A stretch of 64,000 nucleotides of DNA, from positions 32,001 through 96,000 of the forward strand of contig CAWHXP010000020.1 in assembly GCA_963833425.1 (NCBI GenBank), read 5' to 3'. This DNA comes from an uncultured Methanosarcinaceae archaeon. GTDB lineage: Archaea; Halobacteriota; Methanosarcinia; Methanosarcinales; Methanosarcinaceae. Under the pieces are notes generated by a model. The model was not told the DNA's origin, searched no databases, and was given only the letters and a program-made list of their open reading frames with translations. Of this stretch, positions 58,160-64,000 are shown piece after piece (position 1 is the stretch's first letter; the number at the start of each line of letters is the position of its first letter). The position numbers and the translations under genes are program-made.

Positions 58160-58279
58160 AGTCAACCGATGCGCCTTCCAAAATCTATATAGATCAAAAG
58201 AACTTATTTTAACCCCAACAGGATTTAAATTGGATGAATCTACTTCCCTATACAGGTACGCTGCCCTAGAAAAGAATGG

Positions 58280-58557
58280 GGCTGAAGCAGCTTGGAGCAA
58301 GTTAATAACTATCACAACTTTAAAGGCAGAATGAACTGGTAAACGTGTAGAGTTTGTTGACCCAAGAAATACATCTCAAATGCGCTCTGGATGTGGTAGA
58401 ATAATGAGAAGAATTATCAGACAGAACATATAGTTATCTTTTCTGTAGTTTGATAGTGGATAGAGATTATAATACCGTCATTAGCATACTATGACTGGGA
58501 TTCTAATTTGTGGAATGAGCCTAAATGCTAGTGGCTTCAGTCATGAGAGTCGCCACT
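58280..58557 (+). pseudogene. tnpB: IS200/IS605 TnpB C-terminal relic with right end
   Basis: 'AAWSKLITITT.KAE..GKRVEFVDPRNTSQM.SGCG...DRDYN'. Confidence 0.8.
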
Positions 58558-58864
58558 AAATCTTCAATCCTATTAGTTGCTTTTGTTGGCAATAGTGTCT
58601 GTGTGGTTTAACGCTAAGTATTGAATTTTTCTCCCTAGACAAGCATCAGCGTTGCAGGTGGTGGATTAAAGCCTTCAACTTTATATAATTTTTAAGGTAG
58701 AATATGTATATATAGCTATAGTTCTTTATTTAATTAGATAACTATCAAATACAATCTCGATCAATGGAGCTATTTGTTTGTGCACTCCACTACCATTTTG
58801 TACCATGCGCAAAATACAGAAGAAAACCTATTTATGTTCAATAGATAGTGGATTTACTGGAATC

Positions 58865-59124
58865 TAAAATTCATGATACGCCTTCTTAGAAGCGTGTTAT
58901 GATTTGTGATTGCGATACCTATATTGATAGGGATCGAAATAGTTCTATCATTATTAAGCCATGTTTCCTACCCCAAAATACAGATGGAGGGGATATCAAT
59001 AACTTGTTGACCTTCGATAATATAGAATTCCCGATGGACATTAAATTTGAGAACAGATGAAGGAATTGCTCGAAGGAATTCCCTTCTTCGGAGGGTATCA
59101 ACTCGCTAGAGGGGAGAAGTTCAC
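58865..59124 (+). pseudogene. tnpB: Second TnpB 3' relic with right-end-like hairpin
   Basis: 'KRVMICDCDTYIDRDRNSSIII', then a GC-rich hairpin region ending AGTTCAC. Confidence 0.6.
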
Positions 59125-59210
59125 ACTTATCCACGTGAATTGTTTATTTGTTGGTTATAGAGTTATTTTTCCAACAAAATTTAAATACAACTGCCAACAA
59201 TTAGCATACG

Positions 59211-60470
59211 ATGATTTCTGAAGACACCGAGATAACTGATTACGAAGAAATTTTTGAAACACGTCAAACAAAAATTTTTAAAGATTCTAGTGTGTTATCT
59301 CCTGATTATATTCCCAAAAAGCTAATTGGACGAACAAAAGAAGTATTGGAACTTGCCAAGGTCTTCAAGCCGATTGATTATAAGGGTTATCCGTTCAATG
59401 CCTTAATTTTTGGGAAAACTGGTTCTGGCAAGACAGTTGTAACAAAGTTCCTACTACAAAAATTGATGGAACGACTTGAAGCGACTCCTAATATCATGGA
59501 TCATCATATTCAATGTATCTATATCCAATGCAAGACCAATTGTACAATAAATGGGGTATTAAATGAGATCATTAAACATGTAGATCCAGCAAATAAAATG
59601 CCTCGAAAGGGTTTTGCTCTTGGTTACTATTATGAAGAACTCTGGAATGTAATAAAAGAAAAAAGTGTGTCACTTGTAGTTGTGTTCGATGAGATAGACC
59701 GCTTAAAGGATGATGAAATCCTTTACAATTTAAGTAGAGCTGGAGAAATGCAAAAGCTGCCAGAAAGGCATTTTATCTGTATAATTGGAATTTCTAATGA
59801 CCTTGATTATGGTAAGGAGTTAGATAGCCGGGTTATTTCTTCAATGAGTCCGAAAGATCATGTTTTTGCTCCGTACAATGCAGAGCAAATTATTATGATT
59901 TTGAATGAGCGTGTAAAGATAGCTTTTTGTGATGGCGTTGTGCCCCAAGAAACAATCAATTTATGCGCTGCTTATGCGGCTCAAGATCACGGAGATGCTA
60001 GAAAAGCCATAAAGCATCTGAAAATGGCTGCTGTATATGCAGAAGAGAATGATTTTTCTCAAGTGCTACCTGAACATGTAGAGGCTACTTTAGAAAGTTT
60101 AGATGTCGATAGGATTCAGGATATGGCAACGTATCTTCCACTACATGAAAAAATTGTTCTTCTTGCTATTTTAAAACTAACAAATTATGGAAATCCAAGT
60201 ACTAACTCTCAAACTGTAACTAGTTTGTACAATCAGATGTGTTTTGAAATTCATAAGAAGCCACTGCATCGAACAACAATAGCTAGTAAATTTGGAGATT
60301 TCAAGATGATAGGCCTCATAAAAACCTCTTCCGTGAGAAAGGGGAAGGGTGGAGGATGGAAAGATATTAGGCTATCAGTTCCTTCAGGTAGTGCAATTGA
60401 AGAAGTATTATATCAGGATTATAATTTAGAGATGTTGAGGGATTTCAAGCCTGCTCCATTTTCAAATTGA
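59211..60470 (+). CDS. cdc6: Cdc6/Orc1 replication initiator, divergent copy B
   Basis: 'IFKD..VLSPDYIP', 'GKTGSGKT', 'VFDEID', 'FAPYNAEQ', 'HGDARKAI'. Confidence 0.94.
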   Translation: MISEDTEITDYEEIFETRQTKIFKDSSVLSPDYIPKKLIGRTKEVLELAKVFKPIDYKGYPFNALIFGKTGSGKTVVTKFLLQKLMERLEATPNIMDHHIQCIYIQCKTNCTINGVLNEIIKHVDPANKMPRKGFALGYYYEELWNVIKEKSVSLVVVFDEIDRLKDDEILYNLSRAGEMQKLPERHFICIIGISNDLDYGKELDSRVISSMSPKDHVFAPYNAEQIIMILNERVKIAFCDGVVPQETINLCAAYAAQDHGDARKAIKHLKMAAVYAEENDFSQVLPEHVEATLESLDVDRIQDMATYLPLHEKIVLLAILKLTNYGNPSTNSQTVTSLYNQMCFEIHKKPLHRTTIASKFGDFKMIGLIKTSSVRKGKGGGWKDIRLSVPSGSAIEEVLYQDYNLEMLRDFKPAPFSN

Positions 60471-60484
60471 GGAAAGAAAGACTA

Positions 60485-60650
60485 TGTAGGTATTGAATAT
60501 TTTGCAGTTATTTCGACAGGAGATAAAATTGAGAATCCTAAATATCTAAAAAATTTTCTGCAAAGATTGAAATATCTACTGAAGAGAGTTTCATCTAAAA
60601 TAAAAGGTTCAAATAACCGCAATAAAGCTAAATTGCACCTTTCAAAATCT
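60485..60650 (+). pseudogene. tnpB: TnpB internal relic
   Basis: 'VGIEYFAVISTGDKIENPKYLKN.LQRLK.L.KRVS.K.KGSNNRNKAK'. Confidence 0.75.
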
Positions 60651-60881
60651 AGACCAAAAAGATTATTACAGAGATCGAAAATATTTAGGAAATCAGGCAA
60701 ACATTTTTGAATAAGCAAAAGAAAATTAGCTCCCGATTTTCGATATCAATAACTATTTTGCAAAATAAATCCTTTAAGAGAATTCATCCTATCTAGAAAA
60801 AATAGCAATAGGTTTTGTTGAGTTTGGGATTATGACAGCGGATAATGGAAACTTGGTCATTTAAAATTTAAGTAAGTGAAT

Positions 60882-61257
60882 TTACCAAAATCTCCACCAC
60901 GGTTTTTTAGCTCCAGGTGCTTCTATAGCTTTCTGATTGATGAGAGTTTGGACCTGTAGAACATGTTTATTGTACATTTCAATCAGATCCTCTTTATCCT
61001 TCTTTAAGTCCTCTATCTGATTTTGTGCTTCTTCCAATCTTTTTTCCATTTCTGGAAATCGTGCTTCCTGGTTGCTTCCCAATGTTCCGGATTGCTTCCT
61101 AATGCTTCCTGGTTGCTTCCCAGTTCCTGATGTTCGATAAGCTTTTCAAATGCTGTAATTACGGCCTTTGTGGGGCTATCATATCCTAATGCTTCTACTT
61201 TCTTCCAAAGGCCTCCGGGACACCAAACATTGATTTTGTGTTTTCTTCCGCTGTCAT
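60882..61257 (-). pseudogene. Ribbon-helix-helix + coiled-coil protein ending KKPWWRFW; 125 aa after repairing two 1-nt deletions
   Basis: MTAEEKHKINVWCPGGLWKKVEALGYDSPTKAVITAFEKLI, then LGSN(Q/P)EA x3, a coiled coil and APGAKKPWWRFW. Confidence 0.75.
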
Positions 61258-61286
61258 GAGGAAGTTTTAGGAATTAATTCAATATG

Positions 61287-62060
61287 AAACTTCCTACATT
61301 TCCTACTGTTTATCAATATTTCCTAATGCTTCTCTATTCTTTTTTCGCTTGCAGTTCTTATTTTCTTCCCGATGCTTCCTATATTTCTCCCTCATGCTTT
61401 CTATATGACTTCCTATTGTTTCTGGATTGCTTTCTTGTACTTCCTATTTTCTTCCTGCTTTCTGCTCATTTCTTCTTATTTGCTTCCTAATTCCTCTTAA
61501 ATACTTCTATTGCTTCTTTATTTTCTTGCTTCTATTTTCTTCCTAATGCTTCCTCTATATCGCCTTCATGTTTTCTATACGGCTTCCTATTGTTTCTGGA
61601 TTGCTTTCTTACTTCCTACTTGCTTCCTTATTCTTCCTATTTGCTTCCTGCTTTCTGCTCATTTCTTCTTATTTGCTTCCTATTACCTCTTAAATACTTC
61701 TATTGCTTCTTTATTTTCTTGCTTCTATTTTCTTCCTTATGCTTCCTATATATCGCCTTCATGTTTTCTATATGACTTCCTATTGTTTCTGGATTGCTTT
61801 CTTACTTCCTACTTGCTTCCTTATTCTTCCTATTTGCTTCCTGCTTTCTGCTCATTTCTTCTTATTTGCTTCCTAATTCCCTCTTAAATACCTCTATTGC
61901 GTCTTTATTCGCTTGCTTCTATTTTCTTCCTTATGCTTCCTATATATCGCCTTCATGTTTTCTTATGGACTTCCCATTGTTCCTGGATTGCTTTCTCTTA
62001 CTTCCTATTGCTTCCTATTCTTCCTAATTGTTTTCTAATTCATCCTGGATTAATTCCTAA
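61287..62060. repeat. Pyrimidine/purine-skewed tandem array: ~193-bp units built from ~10-bp phased TGCTTCCT-like motifs
   Basis: CTCTTAAATAC recurs at 61494, 61687 and 61881; dozens of (T)GCTTCCT/CTTCCT motifs. Confidence 0.9.
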
Positions 62061-62332
62061 TACTTACTAATTATTTCTAATTGGCTATGTGTCTACTTGT
62101 CTGTAATATAACAAATTTCAAGAATTTTTTGAGAATGAAATTCCACGTTTAGTATTGCTTGTTTACGAGACATTTTCTTATTTTCTGGGTTTTTGATTGA
62201 TTGCAGTTAATTGACGGTGGAATTAATGGTAACTTTTTGCGATTCCCGAGATATTAATAACATAATTTTAGGCAAAAAGGGTGAACTTTTAAGCTTATAG
62301 AATTTTTATAATAGAAGATTCAATTAGATTCA

Positions 62333-63370
62333 ATGGAAAGACTTGTAAAAATGGTAATGGCACTTTTAACCATTATCCTCCTAACTGCAGTTATTGTTTA
62401 TGCAACACTTCCTTATATAAACTATTTTTTAGGGGCCTTTATCCTTTACATTATATTCAGATCCATTTATCATTTTTTGTAAAGAAAACCAGGCTCAATA
62501 AACAATTAGCGGCAGTTTTGGTGATAATTATTTCAATATGTGTTGTACTCATTCCATTGTATTTTCTCCTAGGTATAATTATTAATGAAATACAACAGCT
62601 TTTACTTAACCAGGCTTTATTATTACATCTATTAGATCTGAAAACCAATTTCTCACTACTTATCTTTCAGGGCTGGGTATTCCTACTGATGTTCTCCAAA
62701 AACAGATACAAGAAAGGGTTATGAGCATTGGTTCTGAAGCTGTCAATTACACAAGTAAGTTCATTCTTGGTTCAATTCAGATATTGAGCCAGCAGTCTAT
62801 AGGCCTCTTAATTATGTATTTTTTGTTTTACTACCTCTTAACAGGAGAAGATTCTATTTTTGCACACAAAATTTATGCGGCAGTTCCATTCAATGAAGAA
62901 AAACATCCACTCTACTGGACGAGTTCAGAAGAATTGTCAGGACAACTATGATTTCTAACGGGGCTATAGCCCTTTTTCAGGGTGCAATTCTGACTATCAC
63001 TTTTTTGATCGTAAAAATTCAGGGAGCTTTTCTCTGGGGTTCTATTGCAACACTCCTTTCTTTTTTGCCAGTTTTCGGATCAACTTTAGTCTGGGTTCCT
63101 GCAACAGTTATTGAGTTTCTACTGGGAGATTATACTGCAGGGAGTGCTATTCTTGCTGCAGGGATATTTGTAGGTGTAGTGGATAGTTTTCTTAGGCCCA
63201 TGATCCAGAAAAGAGTTGGAGAAATACATCCTTTTCTATCTCTTATTGGGATTATCATAGGAGTATCCCTTTTTGGATTGATCGGAATCATTATAGGCCC
63301 ACTTCTCCTTTCCTACTTTATTCTGACCTTAGAAATGTTTTCCAAGGAGTACCTTTCTGAGCTGAAGTAA
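62333..63370 (+). pseudogene. AI-2E family transporter, frameshifted
   Basis: Hydrophobic segments across three frames; 'LPVFGSTLVWVP', 'DSFLRP', 'IHPF', 'GIIIGPLL'. Confidence 0.85.
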
Positions 63371-63727
63371 AAATATAATTGTGAGGGTATTAAATGAAAG
63401 ACAGACAAAATATAGGGGTGGCTAGCACAAATAATGTTATAAGCCAAAACCAGACCACAGACACAATAACAGTGGACTTTTATGATGGTATAGTAAATAA
63501 AAATAGACGGAGTTACGCTAGTAAATTCGGTCCGTGGCTTGGATAAGTAACATTATGGAGATCCACTTAAAATTACAACTTAAGCGCGAAAACTGCAATT
63601 TCTAAACTCAGGTGCACTCTATGTCATGATGGGAAGCAAAAACCTTGCTATATTTACCTCACGTAGGATAAAAAATAAATGAAAATTAAATGACTATCCA
63701 ACTTACAAATTGGTTTATCTAATCTAT

Positions 63728-64000
63728 TTAATAGCTTTTCTTATTTTTCAAAGCTATTTCATTCTGAGGGTTAATTTCGATTGATTTGTCATATGCTTTT
63801 ATTGCTTCCTTGGACTTACCTGATTTATATAGAGCAACTCCTTTATTGTTCCAAGCCATTGAATTCTTCGGATTAATTTGAATTGATTTGTCATATGCTT
63901 TTATGGCTTCACCGTATTTATTTAAATTGGCAAGAGCAACTCCTTTAGTGTACCAAGCATTTGAAGCCCTAGGGTTAATTTTAATTGCTTTGTCATATGC
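63728..64000 (-). CDS. TPR-repeat protein, C-terminal part; 5' end outside window
   Basis: 'AYDKAIKINP...AWYTKGVAL..L.KY.EAIKAYDKSIQINP' 34-aa repeats. Confidence 0.88.
   Translation of the reverse strand, partial: AYDKAIKINPRASNAWYTKGVALANLNKYGEAIKAYDKSIQINPKNSMAWNNKGVALYKSGKSKEAIKAYDKSIEINPQNEIALKNKKSY

Noticed and set aside
61284..62027. Four plus-strand Leu/Phe/Ser-rich ORFs
   Set aside because: They arise from the pyrimidine-rich tandem array in several overlapping frames and are not credible membrane proteins.
61287..62060. CRISPR array
   Set aside because: Whole units repeat with no unique spacers, and no cas genes are in the window.

Overview
AT-rich archaeal DNA, very likely from a Methanosarcina-like methanogen (inferred from the gene set and IS types). 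Intact housekeeping genes (amt, XPD/Rad3 helicase, pyrC, aIF-1A-rio1-dim2, ncsA/ttuA, hsp20, a MEDS/PAS histidine kinase) sit among many pseudogenes, IS relics and MITEs. Three accessory blocks stand out. (1) ~0.6-8.7 kb: an integrated element with a tyrosine integrase, a wHTH regulator, an AbrB-like gene, a twice-frameshifted Prim-Pol/P-loop replication gene and phased iteron-like repeats. (2) ~26.3-30.1 kb: a decayed defence island (TIR-SIR2, nSTAND1-like NTPase-TM-WD40, membrane protein, hsdS relic) that ends at a split tRNA-Leu(TAA) pseudogene. (3) ~48.5-62 kb: IS6-bounded metal-uptake genes, lemA-htpX, two divergent intact Cdc6/Orc1 genes around an ORB-like origin, and a ribbon-helix-helix/coiled-coil/KKPWWRFW gene next to a helically phased GGAAGC array. 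That last pair is the best candidate for an undescribed archaeal one-protein partition (centromere) system. All family calls come from motif recognition by eye; no database searches were run.
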